DNA of 64,000 bases from the sequence record OQ708376.1, one strand, 5' to 3'. Positions 13,424-23,582 of this stretch are shown here, in pieces; positions within the stretch are counted from its first letter, which is position 1; every line of letters starts with the position of its first letter. Below the pieces are notes generated by a model, which worked only from the letters and a program-made list of their open reading frames with translations, was not told the origin of the DNA and searched no databases. The position numbers and the translations under genes were made by a program.

Positions 13424-14377
13424 ATGACCACACTATGGACTGAAAAATATCGCCCACAATCAATGGAAGATTATGTATCAAAAAATGATGCACTACGCCA
13501 GAAAATGGAAGAATGGATTAAAACTGGTGACATTCCACATATTGGGTTTTTTGGCCCAGCAGGAACTGGTAAAACATCTGCGATCAAAGTACTCATTAAT
13601 GGATTGGTACAGAATGGACACCTTGACCCAAGTGATGTGACTACGCTTAACATGTCGGATGAGGGTATTGATGCAGTTCGTGATAAAATCGATGCCGCAG
13701 CAAAGCTATCATGTTTTGGTAGGTATCGTATCTTTGTTCTTGAAGAAATGGAGCAGATGAACCATAAAGCACAAGGTAGTTTGAAACGTGTAATGGAAGA
13801 CTACCATGAAAACGCTCGCTTTATTTTAACAAGTAACGAACCACATAAAATTCAAAAACCTATCATTTCTCGTGTTCAAGTTATTACAATCGAAAAGCAT
13901 GATATGGAACAATTCATGACTCGAATTTATAATATTCTTCTAGCAGAAGGTGTTGATTTGAGTAGTGATGATAGTGTTGAACAAGTTCAAAAGTATATCA
14001 ATGCTTCCTATCCTGATTTCCGTAAAACACTAAACGTATTGCAAAGTTCAGTTGTTGATGGTAAGCTAGTAAAACTTGAAGATAGTATTGAAAATTCAGC
14101 AGGGTATCGTACTGCAATTGTTGAAGCATTAAAGGCAGGAAACATTCGCCAAATGCGTGAACAAATTGTACAAAATATCCCTGATGATGAGATGGATGCA
14201 TTCTTTTCTTATCTGTATCGTAATGCTGAAATGTTCAGTACTGATGAAATCACACTGATGAAGATTAAAGTTAAAATTCGTGATGCAGTTGTTAAGCAAG
14301 CAACAGTATCAGACCGTGAAATGAATCTTAGTGCTTTACTGTGTGAGATTGACCTAATTTGTTCGGGGAACATGTAA
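13424..14377 (+). CDS. replication factor C / sliding-clamp loader small subunit (AAA+)
   Basis: LWTEKYRP, PHIGFFGPAGTGKTS, LEEMEQM, SRV, DFRKTLN. Confidence 0.92.
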   Translation: MTTLWTEKYRPQSMEDYVSKNDALRQKMEEWIKTGDIPHIGFFGPAGTGKTSAIKVLINGLVQNGHLDPSDVTTLNMSDEGIDAVRDKIDAAAKLSCFGRYRIFVLEEMEQMNHKAQGSLKRVMEDYHENARFILTSNEPHKIQKPIISRVQVITIEKHDMEQFMTRIYNILLAEGVDLSSDDSVEQVQKYINASYPDFRKTLNVLQSSVVDGKLVKLEDSIENSAGYRTAIVEALKAGNIRQMREQIVQNIPDDEMDAFFSYLYRNAEMFSTDEITLMKIKVKIRDAVVKQATVSDREMNLSALLCEIDLICSGNM

Positions 14378-15003
14378 TGAAACCACGTTGTATAGTTTTT
14401 GATTGTGATGAAGTTCTATTGGACCATATGGGTATGCTTTCTGAGTTTGTAAAACAAACTTATAATATCACACCATCAACACCATACCCATTAGAATATG
14501 ATTTATCAGACTGGTTGGGTGTTCCTCAACCTGAAGTTAAAAAGATTCTTGAACAGTTCAACCAACAATCATATTTGTTTGGGTTGTTAAAGCCAGTCGA
14601 ACCAAATACAGTTGATATTGTACAAGAGCTACGTGATCGTTTTCATAAAGAAAAATTCGTAGTACTCACAAAATGTGGTAAAAAAGGCTATGGTGAAGTT
14701 TTACGAAATGTAAATCTAATGCGTGAATTTGGTGAAAACTGCTTTGATGAGATTATTATCATAGAAATGAATGAATCAAAGAAAGAAGCATTAGAGGATT
14801 TACAAACACGATATGATGTAAAACTAATGATTGATGATTATATCAATAATATTGAAACTGCTATGGGTCTTGGTATTCCATCAGTTATGATGGGATGTTC
14901 TCATAATACTATGTATAAGAATCATAGTGGTTTTGAATATATCGAAAACTGGACAGAACTTAGACTGAAAATTTATTCAGTACTAGGTAAATATTACAAA
15001 TAA
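14377..15003 (+). CDS. HAD-superfamily 5'-nucleotidase-like hydrolase
   Basis: IVFDCDEVLLD (DxD motif I); MIDDYINN (motif IV). Confidence 0.75.
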   Translation: MKPRCIVFDCDEVLLDHMGMLSEFVKQTYNITPSTPYPLEYDLSDWLGVPQPEVKKILEQFNQQSYLFGLLKPVEPNTVDIVQELRDRFHKEKFVVLTKCGKKGYGEVLRNVNLMREFGENCFDEIIIIEMNESKKEALEDLQTRYDVKLMIDDYINNIETAMGLGIPSVMMGCSHNTMYKNHSGFEYIENWTELRLKIYSVLGKYYK

Positions 15004-15015
15004 AACTTTTAAATT

Positions 15016-15062
15016 GGGGTTTGATTCAAACCCCTTTTGTTGTATTTTAAAAGTAGTAAATA
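15016..15062 (+). promoter_or_regulatory. terminator plus late-like promoter
   Basis: GGGGTTT-GATTC-AAACCCC-TTTT; GTAAATA at 15056-15062. Confidence 0.6.
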
Positions 15063-15099
15063 GTATTATATGTGCTAGTTTTTAAGGATAATATAAAAT

Positions 15100-15663
15100 A
15101 TGGACGATTTAGATTATACAGATAATGCTATTCAGCAGTTGTATGATAACAGTGGTATGTTAGATATACTTCTTGCTGTAGAGAAATATTTCGATGATAA
15201 TGATTTATATGCGTATAAAGGAATTATTGAGGGTGAGTTGGTAGAGGGGCCAATTGTAAGTAAGTATTGGTGTACTGTTACATTTAAATACTATCGTGAA
15301 AATTTTCCCGATCCTACCGCATTCTCTATTTTAGAGAAACATGGAACTAAAGTATATGTTAAAGCTGATTATGAAATAACTCCTATTAAAGAACCAAATC
15401 GTCAAGCTGACATGAAAAGTGTAGCGACACAATCTGGCTCTGTACGTATACCAAAAAATGAAAGAATCCCAGTACTATTGGTTAGAGTGCAGATTCCACG
15501 AAACTTGATTAATCCAGAAAGTTTTGATGAATATAAACTAATGGCAGCAGAATTCAATAGTAATCCAATGAATTCTCCTGAGAATATTGAAGAACCTGTA
15601 ACTGGTGATGATGTGGATTTAGATGTAGAAGTAACGGATGAGACACAAGAAGGTGGAATGTAA
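15100..15663 (+). CDS. hypothetical protein
   Basis: AAGGA RBS, 187 aa. Confidence 0.8.
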   Translation: MDDLDYTDNAIQQLYDNSGMLDILLAVEKYFDDNDLYAYKGIIEGELVEGPIVSKYWCTVTFKYYRENFPDPTAFSILEKHGTKVYVKADYEITPIKEPNRQADMKSVATQSGSVRIPKNERIPVLLVRVQIPRNLINPESFDEYKLMAAEFNSNPMNSPENIEEPVTGDDVDLDVEVTDETQEGGM

Positions 15664-16343
15664 TGAAAAAGAAATTAAATGAACAAGGCTTACGTCCGCA
15701 AGTTCTCAAAGATTTGATTCATCCTATCATTAGTGTTGATGAATATACTCCTAAAATTGAAGATAGTAATATTGTTATTATGTTTCAGGTACTTAACAAT
15801 TTTGATGCAGCATATGATTTATCTTCTTTTATTGAAAAATCACCTATTGATGTAGCTGATACAGAAGCAGCAGAAACACCAAATTTAGATGGTCGATATC
15901 AAGTTTATGTTGAAATGGAACGAAATGCCGAATTCCCTGAAAAACTTTTACGTTTAATTAAAACTATTGAAAATATTTGTCCAGACCCAGGTTGGAAAAT
16001 ACAACTATATGGTGTTAATGACCCAATCGATGTTGATTTTGAAGAAATACAGCAGAGAATTGATTTGGGTATTCCTAGTTCAATTAGTGAGTTCCTTGAT
16101 TATGCTGGTGTTTCAGTAATCAAAGAAGGAAACATGTTGACATTAAAAACAGCATATGGTAAATTACATTACAGTACTGGAAGCGGTTTTGTTTCAGAAA
16201 CATATGTGAAAAAGTTATTAAAGAATGATACACAATTAGACACTTCGCGTCTTAGTTCCATACTAGGGGAAAGCTATACAGTACTACGAAGTGGTGATCA
16301 ATATGTAATTGGAAGAAACGGGAAATATTTGGTGTTGCGATGA
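15663..16343 (+). CDS. hypothetical protein (possible head protein)
   Basis: TAATG coupling; N-terminal MKKKLNE. Confidence 0.8.
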   Translation: MKKKLNEQGLRPQVLKDLIHPIISVDEYTPKIEDSNIVIMFQVLNNFDAAYDLSSFIEKSPIDVADTEAAETPNLDGRYQVYVEMERNAEFPEKLLRLIKTIENICPDPGWKIQLYGVNDPIDVDFEEIQQRIDLGIPSSISEFLDYAGVSVIKEGNMLTLKTAYGKLHYSTGSGFVSETYVKKLLKNDTQLDTSRLSSILGESYTVLRSGDQYVIGRNGKYLVLR

Positions 16344-17158
16344 GAATTTTAAATATGCTTAAATCTCTTCACGAAACAACCAAATTACATCAGGATGAAA
16401 AGTATCGTCGCAGCCTTACTAAAGATTTAGCATGTCGTATGTATATGCGTAGATTTGAAATTTCAAGAATTGGTAAAGGCTGGGATGATGTAAATCGTGA
16501 AGACATTGATCCAGATGCAATTTTTAAAGCATACATGGCTAGAAAAGTTTTCATAAATGAAAAAACTTTTTATATTGATAGTGATAGAGAATTAGAAAAT
16601 AAATTTACAAAAGGTTTATGGAAGATATGGTGTGTTGAAGTATTCGGTGAAGTATTACCTGAGCCACCTGTTCCAGAAACTTATAAAGATTTAAAAAGTA
16701 TTTTTGATAATGAACATATACATTCAAATTTCTCATTATATGATACTGTGTCAGAAGCTGTATTTTATGGTGAGTTACATGGTCATAACAAATACTTTGA
16801 TAGTATGGTTAGTTTTGATTTGTTTTGTCACTTGCCTGGTGTATCAAGTTGGACATGTGACCAACACAGAGCAAGTAAGATTGATAAGCGAAAATTCTCG
16901 GCCCAAAGATTTATGCAAGTTGCTATGAGTATGTATAAACTTGATTATCTTGGTTGTCCAGAACCATATAAACATTTTTGGAAAGAAAGAGCACAAAAAT
17001 GTTTAAACTATTGTATAATCCGTTTAATGGACACATACATTCTTAAGTTTAGAAATGCAACTGTATACGACATGCCTGAACCACCAAAGAATGAAAAATA
17101 TCCACCTGTCAAGACATTTGTATGGTACAAGGATAAAAGTAACAAAAGGATGCACTAA
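16340..17158 (+). CDS. hypothetical protein
   Basis: ATGA overlap, 272 aa. Confidence 0.75.
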   Translation: MRILNMLKSLHETTKLHQDEKYRRSLTKDLACRMYMRRFEISRIGKGWDDVNREDIDPDAIFKAYMARKVFINEKTFYIDSDRELENKFTKGLWKIWCVEVFGEVLPEPPVPETYKDLKSIFDNEHIHSNFSLYDTVSEAVFYGELHGHNKYFDSMVSFDLFCHLPGVSSWTCDQHRASKIDKRKFSAQRFMQVAMSMYKLDYLGCPEPYKHFWKERAQKCLNYCIIRLMDTYILKFRNATVYDMPEPPKNEKYPPVKTFVWYKDKSNKRMH

Positions 17159-17173
17159 GGTGCGTCCTTTTTT
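17144..17173 (+). terminator. intrinsic terminator (possibly bidirectional)
   Basis: AAAAGGATGCAC-TAAG-GTGCGTCCTTTT. Confidence 0.8.
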
Positions 17174-17184
17174 CTTTTCAGGTG

Positions 17185-17213
17185 TTGACATGTGTAGTCG
17201 AAGTATGTACAAT
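17185..17213 (+). promoter_or_regulatory. sigma70 promoter
   Basis: TTGACA-17-TACAAT. Confidence 0.8.
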
Positions 17214-17254
17214 ATCACCATAGCGTAAATTTTAATTGATTATGAGGTTTTATA

Positions 17255-18382
17255 ATGAAAGGTAAATATTTTTTCATTGAAAATGGCAAAGAAGTTGAGA
17301 TTCAAGAATTTAACTATAATTATGTACTGAACTCTTTATTGAAACAATATGACCGTTCATCAAACAAAAAATACATTTACAATGTAATTGTACGTCGCAC
17401 CTATGACTCGCTGGGTAATCCGTTATTTGATGTAAAAACTCTGTCATTAGATGAAATCTATTTTGATAATAAACGTCTGAAAGTTCTTGATTTAATGAAG
17501 GATAAAATTCATTTTAGTAATATTAGAATTGATCCTAACATGCCAGTACCGCCATTAGAGCGTGAATATCGTGAATGGAAAGAAGGTCGTGCCAAACCAC
17601 GTTTAGACTTGGTACAAACATCACCAGATGTACCTGCACCTATTGTTCTTAAGAAAAAACCTATCAACCCAGACGATAGCAGAATTGATGACATTGAAAG
17701 ATGGGTTGAATTCCCTAGTACTATTGAAAAGAATTCAGTAAAAGTACTAGACTGGTTTGTAAACTTACCAGTTTGTGCACAAGAAATTGGAACTAAGATT
17801 CAACAAATTTCAGAACGTCAATTGGATCTTAACTCAGCATTACAACAGCATAGTGATTATATTAGAATGCTTATGAATAACCTTACTGTTGCGTTGGAGA
17901 CGTTGTTCCCATTGAAGCCGACCTTTACACAGAAATTGTTTGGTAAAACTGATATCAAAGTGCAACCATCAGATTTGCCAAAAGTGATGAAAGCACTAAA
18001 TGAAGCAGTTAAGTATGACACTAATAAGTTTAGTGGTCTTAGTACGATGTTTTCAGAACTTAGAAACGAAGTTAATGAAATCAAAAATGAACTTGAATAT
18101 GGTAAGTTGGGTTGTGAATACGCACTACGTTGTGTGGATGATGCGTTTGAATATGAATTAACATTAGAACGTATTATGAAAATGGGAATCACCACCTCCA
18201 TGACTGAAACGAGCATTATTGCAACAAGTAAGCAATATCAAGTTGATATGAATCGTATGGTAGATATTCAAACTATTACTATTCCTTTGATTATCAATCG
18301 TTTACAATCACAGACAGGTAAAGCTGTGGATGAGAGTACTGTAGAAATTATTCGTAATCTGGCATATGGTAACAAAGAGTAA
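17255..18382 (+). CDS. TelA-related coiled-coil protein (divergent paralog with extra N-terminal domain)
   Basis: C-terminal half is helical, with FTQKLFGK and TITIPL echoing the adjacent TelA. Confidence 0.5.
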   Translation: MKGKYFFIENGKEVEIQEFNYNYVLNSLLKQYDRSSNKKYIYNVIVRRTYDSLGNPLFDVKTLSLDEIYFDNKRLKVLDLMKDKIHFSNIRIDPNMPVPPLEREYREWKEGRAKPRLDLVQTSPDVPAPIVLKKKPINPDDSRIDDIERWVEFPSTIEKNSVKVLDWFVNLPVCAQEIGTKIQQISERQLDLNSALQQHSDYIRMLMNNLTVALETLFPLKPTFTQKLFGKTDIKVQPSDLPKVMKALNEAVKYDTNKFSGLSTMFSELRNEVNEIKNELEYGKLGCEYALRCVDDAFEYELTLERIMKMGITTSMTETSIIATSKQYQVDMNRMVDIQTITIPLIINRLQSQTGKAVDESTVEIIRNLAYGNKE

Positions 18383-18391
18383 AAAAAATAC

Positions 18392-18439
18392 TTGACTATC
18401 ATACGTGCTGCCCGTATAATGTTTATCACAGAGCAGCAC
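18392..18439 (+). promoter_or_regulatory. sigma70 promoter with inverted repeat around the -10
   Basis: TTGACT-17-TATAAT; GTGCTGC(18405)...GCAGCAC(18439). Confidence 0.75.
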
Positions 18440-18468
18440 ATCATATTAAATTAAACGAGGAATACTAA

Positions 18469-19605
18469 ATGTCCGAGAAAGAAATCAATCCTAAAAAAGC
18501 ATCCACCGCAGCTAAATCAGCAAAACGCACTACTAAAACTGCGTCTAAAGGTCATACAATTGATGCAAGTGATATTTTTAACCAAACTACAAAATCACTA
18601 CCAGTACTGAAAGATGTTAAGGGAAATACTATGTCTCTAACAGTTCAAAACATCAATACTGTTGGTACAACTGCTGGTGCTGCTGTTGGGCGTTTGGCTG
18701 ATGAAATTATGTCTAAAGTTAATGTAACGGATGACAATACCGAGTTTGGTAAATCAATCACCACAATTCTTACGTTGACTCGTGCAGTTGATATTGACAG
18801 TCTTCAAGAAGATAAATCAATTGTTGGTCGTATTAAGAAATTCTTTGTTAATGCTCAACAGAAAGTAGGTGATCAGTACAAAAACAGTAAAGAGCAAATT
18901 GACGAAATTATGAAAACTCTTCAAACTGGTATTAATCGCCAGCACGGAGAATGTGAATGGCTTGATAAAGCATATAATGAAAACAAAGAATATTTGTTTG
19001 AATTACGTGATACATTAGTTGGTTTAGAAGAAGTAACTAAAACACAAGATGCATTATTATTAGAAATGCAAGCAGACAAAAATGTAGACTCTTTTGCTAT
19101 TCAAGAGCAAAAGATGATTTGTGAAGCACTTTCTAAACAAGAAGATAAGATTCGTCGTCTTATCATGATGTGCGAGCTAAGTGGTCCACGTTTGATGAGT
19201 ATGAAAAAAGTAAACTTGAACACTGTTTCTAAGTTTGAAGATTTAAAATCTGTTGTTATTCCAGCATGGAAGTCTCAATTGGCTGAACAGTTAATTTCCG
19301 AGCGTCAACGTAAGGATAATGAACTAGGCAATCTAATTGATAATGAGACAAACCGTCTTTTGGAAACTAACTCTAAAATGGTTGCAGCAAATATGTTGGA
19401 CGCAGCAAAGGCAAACAACCGTGGTATTGTGGATATTAAAACCTTGCGTAATGTACATAAAACGATGATTGACAGTATTGAAGCAGTTATTGAAGAAGAG
19501 AAAAAAGGCAAATTGGAACGTGAACGTGCTAAACAGGAAATTGCACAACTTTCCTATGAACTGGAAGACACTCTTCGTGAAATTGCCGAAAAAGCTAACA
19601 AGTAA
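18469..19605 (+). CDS. telA: toxic anion/tellurite resistance protein TelA family
   Basis: SKEQIDEI, YNENKEY, SGPRL..N, VIPAWKSQL, NETNRLL..N, RGIVDIKTL. Confidence 0.85.
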   Translation: MSEKEINPKKASTAAKSAKRTTKTASKGHTIDASDIFNQTTKSLPVLKDVKGNTMSLTVQNINTVGTTAGAAVGRLADEIMSKVNVTDDNTEFGKSITTILTLTRAVDIDSLQEDKSIVGRIKKFFVNAQQKVGDQYKNSKEQIDEIMKTLQTGINRQHGECEWLDKAYNENKEYLFELRDTLVGLEEVTKTQDALLLEMQADKNVDSFAIQEQKMICEALSKQEDKIRRLIMMCELSGPRLMSMKKVNLNTVSKFEDLKSVVIPAWKSQLAEQLISERQRKDNELGNLIDNETNRLLETNSKMVAANMLDAAKANNRGIVDIKTLRNVHKTMIDSIEAVIEEEKKGKLERERAKQEIAQLSYELEDTLREIAEKANK

Positions 19606-19608
19606 TAG

Positions 19609-19660
19609 TTGACATATGAGTGCGTTTTTAATATAATCTTATTGAAAACGCACTCTTTTT
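19609..19660 (+). promoter_or_regulatory. sigma70 promoter overlapped by terminator hairpin
   Basis: TTGACA-17-TATAAT; GAGTGCGTTTT...AAAACGCACTC-TTTT encloses the -10. Confidence 0.8.
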
Positions 19661-19684
19661 AATGTACAGATAAGGAACTAACTT

Positions 19685-20374
19685 ATGAAACGTCGTCATA
19701 TTAGTGTTGATATTGAAGCTCTTGGAACACCTGAACTTTCCGGTTATGATATTATTATCCCAAATTACGCAGCAGTAGTAGTTCCAAGTAAACCTGAAAA
19801 TGACATTCGTCAGTTCTTATATATTAAATTACCATACCAGGATCAAGTTGCTACTGGTTTAAAATCAGACGCAGGTGCAATGGATTTTTGGATGAATACA
19901 TGTCAGAAAGAATACCCTAATGCATATTATGAAGTTGCCAGTACTATGAAACTCAAAGCACCTGAACTGTATGGACCGAATGGTCAATCACGACGATTTT
20001 TTGCATACAGTAGTATTGTTGATTTCTGGAAAGAATTACGTTACAATGATTATGGTGAAGAAGTTCCTCATTCAGTATGGGGCAACGGATGTAACTTCGA
20101 TTGTAGTATTTTACAAGCAAACCATTTAAAACTAATGAACGCTGGTGAGTTGTGGAAGTATGATGCACCTGAAAATGCACGCACATTGAAACGTTTATTG
20201 AATGAAGAAGCTCGTATTGAAATGGATGAAATCGTTTCGGTACAGTTGGATAAATTTATCACATATGCAAATACGTGTGGGATTAATGGGTTGGAGTTAC
20301 ATCACCCACTGTTTGATGCAGCACGTGAAGCAATCCAGATTTCATTCTGTCTAAACAAGCTTAAAATGGATTAA
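19685..20374 (+). CDS. DEDDh 3'-5' exonuclease (DexA-like)
   Basis: ISVDIEALGT, WGNGCNFDCSIL, HHPLFDA. Confidence 0.8.
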   Translation: MKRRHISVDIEALGTPELSGYDIIIPNYAAVVVPSKPENDIRQFLYIKLPYQDQVATGLKSDAGAMDFWMNTCQKEYPNAYYEVASTMKLKAPELYGPNGQSRRFFAYSSIVDFWKELRYNDYGEEVPHSVWGNGCNFDCSILQANHLKLMNAGELWKYDAPENARTLKRLLNEEARIEMDEIVSVQLDKFITYANTCGINGLELHHPLFDAAREAIQISFCLNKLKMD

Positions 20375-20377
20375 TAC

Positions 20378-21472
20378 ATGAATTTCATTATTCTGTTAAT
20401 ACCTGCTCTTATCGTTGTATTCGTTATGAAATACATGTACGATAAGCATATCAGTACTAAAGAACTATTGATTCATATTGCTTGTTGTCTGGTTGGTGCG
20501 GCTCTTGTTCTTGGTATTTCATACGCAATCAACTATAGCCAGCTTTATGATGTTGAGATTCTGAATGGTCAAGTAACTTCAAAATACAGCCACAAAGAAT
20601 ATTGCACACAATCTAGTTCATGTAAGCACTATACATGGCATGAGAAGTGCCATACGCGATATGATAGTAAAGGTAAATCACATCGTGAGTGTGAATCATA
20701 TAAGGTTTTTGATTACTCATATGAAGTTGATTGGTATGTGAAAAGTACAGTAGGTGAGTTTGAGATTGAACGTGTGAACCGTCAAGGTACAATGACACCA
20801 CCACGTTGGCAGCAAGTTATTATTGGTGACTATGCCGCAGCAGAGAGTTCATATATCAACTATCTATTTGCTGATAAGAACTCATTGTTTAGTCCTGAAG
20901 AACTACACAACATGTATGATGAAAAGTATCTTAGTACTATTCCAGAATACCCAAGTGTAGTTGATTATTACAAAACACATCACGTAATTAACACTACAAA
21001 TTACAACGTTGATGGTTACGATGAATACCTTCGTAATGAGCTAAAAACGATGGGTGCACGAAAGCAGGTAAACATCCAAGTACTAGTTTATGATTACAAA
21101 GATGTTGATTTTGTTGATGCTACCCTTGCATCGTGGCGTGGTGGTAAGAAGAATGATGTTATTATGTTCTTTGGTATTGACAATGATGGTAACGTTGTAA
21201 AATTTTACAGTACATCATTTGCACAAGGAATGAAGAATGAAGAGTTACATGCAAAGATGCGTATTGATGCATTAAATGAAAAATTAACTCTTGACTTACT
21301 AGTTAAAGAAGTACATAATATTGACAAACATTTTGAGAGACTCTCTAATAAAGAGTTTGAGTACTTGTCAGTAAAAATGGAACCTAGAAAAGATGTTCTT
21401 ATCGGTGCTTCCATTGTGTTGTTGATTCTGTCTATTTTCATTGGCCTTTATATGAGGGATAACGATTTATGA
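20378..21472 (+). CDS. membrane protein with TPM-like extracytoplasmic domain
   Basis: two N-terminal and one C-terminal TM segments; KQVNIQVLV...WRGGKKNDVIMFFG. Confidence 0.6.
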   Translation: MNFIILLIPALIVVFVMKYMYDKHISTKELLIHIACCLVGAALVLGISYAINYSQLYDVEILNGQVTSKYSHKEYCTQSSSCKHYTWHEKCHTRYDSKGKSHRECESYKVFDYSYEVDWYVKSTVGEFEIERVNRQGTMTPPRWQQVIIGDYAAAESSYINYLFADKNSLFSPEELHNMYDEKYLSTIPEYPSVVDYYKTHHVINTTNYNVDGYDEYLRNELKTMGARKQVNIQVLVYDYKDVDFVDATLASWRGGKKNDVIMFFGIDNDGNVVKFYSTSFAQGMKNEELHAKMRIDALNEKLTLDLLVKEVHNIDKHFERLSNKEFEYLSVKMEPRKDVLIGASIVLLILSIFIGLYMRDNDL

Positions 21473-22023
21473 ATGGTAAACTCCTTGCGTTAATTGGTAT
21501 TTTGGTAGTTATCGTACTAATGGTGTTTGGTTCTATTAGTATGTATGTTGGTGCACATGATCGTGCAGTTGAGTTTGAAGGAAACATTAAAAAGTACTAT
21601 GATGCATCAGAAAGTCAACTTAGCAATTATACTCTTACTATTCAAGATAAGGTTCAAGTAGCCGATAAGTATAAAGATGCGTTGAAAGAAACGATTGAAT
21701 CATACTTTAAAGGGCGTGAAGGTGTTGACCAGAAGTTTGTAATGTCACAGATTCAACAACAGGTTCCAAATCTTGATCCTAAAATTTATCAGGAATTGAT
21801 GGTGACAATTGAAACAGGACGTACAAAGTTCAACAATCTTCAGAAAATGAAAATTGACCAGTGTACTGATTATGCTAAGTTCCGCAAAGGCTTCTGGAAT
21901 TCCAAAATTCTTGATTCGAATACGTTTCCAAGTGAAAATATTGAACACCTTTGTACAGTAGTATCTGATACGCGTACCAAGAAAGCAATGGATACTGGTA
22001 TTCAAGAATCAATTAAACTATAA
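21469..22023 (+). CDS. LemA-like membrane-anchored protein
   Basis: N-terminal TM followed by a helical bundle; IETGRTKFNN. Confidence 0.55.
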   Translation: MNGKLLALIGILVVIVLMVFGSISMYVGAHDRAVEFEGNIKKYYDASESQLSNYTLTIQDKVQVADKYKDALKETIESYFKGREGVDQKFVMSQIQQQVPNLDPKIYQELMVTIETGRTKFNNLQKMKIDQCTDYAKFRKGFWNSKILDSNTFPSENIEHLCTVVSDTRTKKAMDTGIQESIKL

Positions 22024-22032
22024 TTAAATGTT

Positions 22033-22056
22033 GGGAGTACTTTGTACTCCCCTTTT
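22033..22056 (+). terminator. intrinsic terminator
   Basis: GGGAGTAC-TTT-GTACTCCC-CTTTT. Confidence 0.75.
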
Positions 22057-22070
22057 CTATGGGGTGTACT

Positions 22071-22658
22071 ATGTTTTTAAAAAATACTTATGAATTAATT
22101 AAAATGCTTCAAAATATGAATTCCGGCGGCTTGTTTCCCTATTACTCTGAGGATGAAACTCATCGTTTAGTCCTTAAATTGGATGAAACTGGACGTATTA
22201 TATCACTAAGAACAACAGTCCCCAGTGTAGAACCAGTAATTACCAAATCAACTCAAAATTCAGGAACTGCTGTTAAAACACCACAAACATACAACTCTAA
22301 TTACCAACAACCACAAATGTACACGATTAGCACTCCACCTATTAAACGAGTTGCTTGTATTGTGAATATAAAAGTATCTAAGGACTATCGCGACTTAATA
22401 TCAGTTGAATGGTCAGAACTAACATCATCATTAGCAACACATGGATTTGTAGTAACAAATACAGGTCTAGCACAAAATGTGAAAGAAGGACAACAGATCA
22501 TGAGTGCATTGTATCTTAGTAATGGTTGTGTTATCATCAATGGTAAGTTGTATAGCGATGCCGACCCCACTGCATTCACTGAAGATTTGATTGGTGATAA
22601 AGAATACAGCATTCTTGAAATTATGAATTTGAAAAAGGTATATGAAAACCATGACTAG
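22071..22658 (+). CDS. hypothetical protein
   Basis: GGGG RBS then ATG 22071. Confidence 0.7.
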   Translation: MFLKNTYELIKMLQNMNSGGLFPYYSEDETHRLVLKLDETGRIISLRTTVPSVEPVITKSTQNSGTAVKTPQTYNSNYQQPQMYTISTPPIKRVACIVNIKVSKDYRDLISVEWSELTSSLATHGFVVTNTGLAQNVKEGQQIMSALYLSNGCVIINGKLYSDADPTAFTEDLIGDKEYSILEIMNLKKVYENHD

Positions 22659-23223
22659 ATTTCATCAAGATGATTTGCCATTTATACAAGAACTAGAAGA
22701 ACTGGTGATAAGTATTATGGATGAAATTAGTACTTGGGATATAACAGTTTTTCGAAATGTATATGATAAAGTGGTGAATTTTAAAAATGTTAATATTGAA
22801 GTAAAACATAATAATTTTTACTTAACAAAACAATTCATTCTAACTCGACCAGGATCAAAGCCAGTTAAACGTAATTTATCATTCGGACACCTGATTGGTG
22901 CAGAAAATGTACATGATGAATGGGTTGATTCAATCTATTCGTATACAAAAGAACTTATTCCTGATATTGAGAAAAAATATTATCTTAGTATCACATTAGA
23001 TGAAAACGGTAATCTTAATGCATATTCAATAAATTCTTCTTCAAATGTTCCATTACATTCAGTGACGATTGGTGATAAAAAAATGCTAATAAATTCTGAA
23101 ACATGGTATAATAGAGAAAATTTCGCAGCAGAATCATTTCAGTACTCAGTATCTGAACCAAAGTCACCTTTTGATTTAGTGTTTGTTAATAATATTATTT
23201 TACGTTTTGGTGTAGGAGTGTAA
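22642..23223 (+). CDS. hypothetical protein
   Basis: ORF; weak echo of the EExxFQ motif (AAESFQYS). Confidence 0.7.
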   Translation: MKTMTRFHQDDLPFIQELEELVISIMDEISTWDITVFRNVYDKVVNFKNVNIEVKHNNFYLTKQFILTRPGSKPVKRNLSFGHLIGAENVHDEWVDSIYSYTKELIPDIEKKYYLSITLDENGNLNAYSINSSSNVPLHSVTIGDKKMLINSETWYNRENFAAESFQYSVSEPKSPFDLVFVNNIILRFGVGV

Positions 23224-23226
23224 TTT

Positions 23227-23580
23227 ATGCTAATTTATTTAAGTGTTATTGTAATTTCATTACTGGTATCATTCGCTGTTCTTAAAATTGTTGCTATTTG
23301 TAGAAGTAAGATTGATAGTTCTGAAACTAGATCAGTACTTGACTTGATTATGGACCATCCTAAAATCTGTGGTATTATTGTATTATTCGTTGTACTGATT
23401 AATACATATATTGTCAGGGAACATTTATATAATATGTATGATTGTAGTGTGCGTTCTATTTCACAAGGTGTTGAAACAGACTATAGTTGGTACTATGAGA
23501 AATGTCGATTTAAAAACCAGCATGGTATTTGGGTTGATTTTGATAAACTACGTGGAACACCTTCAGGAGAAGAAGAATAA
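23227..23580 (+). CDS. membrane protein
   Basis: two hydrophobic segments; GGAG RBS. Confidence 0.75.
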   Translation: MLIYLSVIVISLLVSFAVLKIVAICRSKIDSSETRSVLDLIMDHPKICGIIVLFVVLINTYIVREHLYNMYDCSVRSISQGVETDYSWYYEKCRFKNQHGIWVDFDKLRGTPSGEEE

Positions 23581-23582
23581 TT

